A stretch of DNA of 64,000 nucleotides from Lytechinus pictus. Taxonomy: Eukaryota. Under the pieces are notes generated by a model that searched no databases, was not told where the DNA came from, and saw only the letters and a program-made list of their open reading frames with translations. This document shows positions 63,532 through 64,000 of the stretch, one piece after another. Numbering within the stretch: the first letter of the stretch is position 1; the number at the start of each line of letters is the position of its first letter. The translations under genes were made by a program, and so were the position numbers. The stretch is from contig NC_087246.1 of the NCBI RefSeq assembly GCF_037042905.1, forward strand, positions 59,396,001-59,460,000. Direction: 5' to 3'.

Positions 63532-64000
63532 TTAATCGTTTTTGATCAATCATAAAAATCAGTAATACATCCATCGCTAAGCTTTCTGTTACTGGGTCCT
63601 GAAGTGTTTTACATGCAATTGATGATAATGGGATGTTCTTATGTGGCATTCATTCTGTTGTGCTGTAGAAAATAGGGAGAAAAGTTAGACAGTCTGCTAT
63701 CAGCAATTCTGCTAAAAATGTCTTGATGTTTGAGATATGCAGTTATACGTCTCAGCCAAGTATTATGTATGGTGCTGGTTACCTATGTTTACATAAGAGC
63801 GGTATCTTTTCTCTCATGCCCTTCATATGAATGGTCCCCCCCCCCTCTCATGCCCTTTAAAAGTTTGTGATTGTAGTCCTGCACACTGAAATGGAGACTG
63901 AAATCACATAGCAATTTCTTTATAGGGAAGGGCTTGTTTTTCTTTTAATGTTTGCCTAGTAGCATATTTTTTGTTTGTTTTCTGAATTCGTCCTAGATGT

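Overview
AT-rich eukaryotic (metazoan) genomic DNA, most likely an invertebrate deuterostome such as a sea urchin. The taxon is inferred from protein divergence and repeat style. Three protein-coding genes were reconstructed by hand with GT-AG junctions and consistent phases. (1) DHODH, class 2 mitochondrial dihydroorotate dehydrogenase: minus strand, 9 exons, 6619-18333, 393 aa. (2) An intronless ACP5/TRAP-type purple acid phosphatase: plus strand, 19181-20200, 339 aa, head-to-head with DHODH across about 850 bp. (3) ACIN1/Acinus: plus strand, 14 exons, 33267-61993, about 1127 aa, with SAP, RRM, RSB and RS domains. The rest is dense in non-autonomous transposons (hAT, Kolobok/T2, piggyBac, Tc1, CMC/EnSpm-like and Harbinger MITEs, often nested 3-4 deep). 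It also holds two 5'-truncated CR1/L2-group LINE fragments and a 154-bp satellite carrying perfect DR1 motifs. The most notable unexplained signals are: a ~570-nt multi-helix fold-back in ACIN1 intron 1 whose mismatches are biased to G-U pairs on the sense strand; a CpG-rich structured island in intron 4 (candidate internal promoter or ncRNA); a candidate poison exon; loss of the Acinus caspase site; periodic GCGAAGC mini-hairpin arrays inside hAT elements; and a roughly 10-fold excess of TACATGTA/TAGGCCTA palindromes resembling transposon excision footprints.
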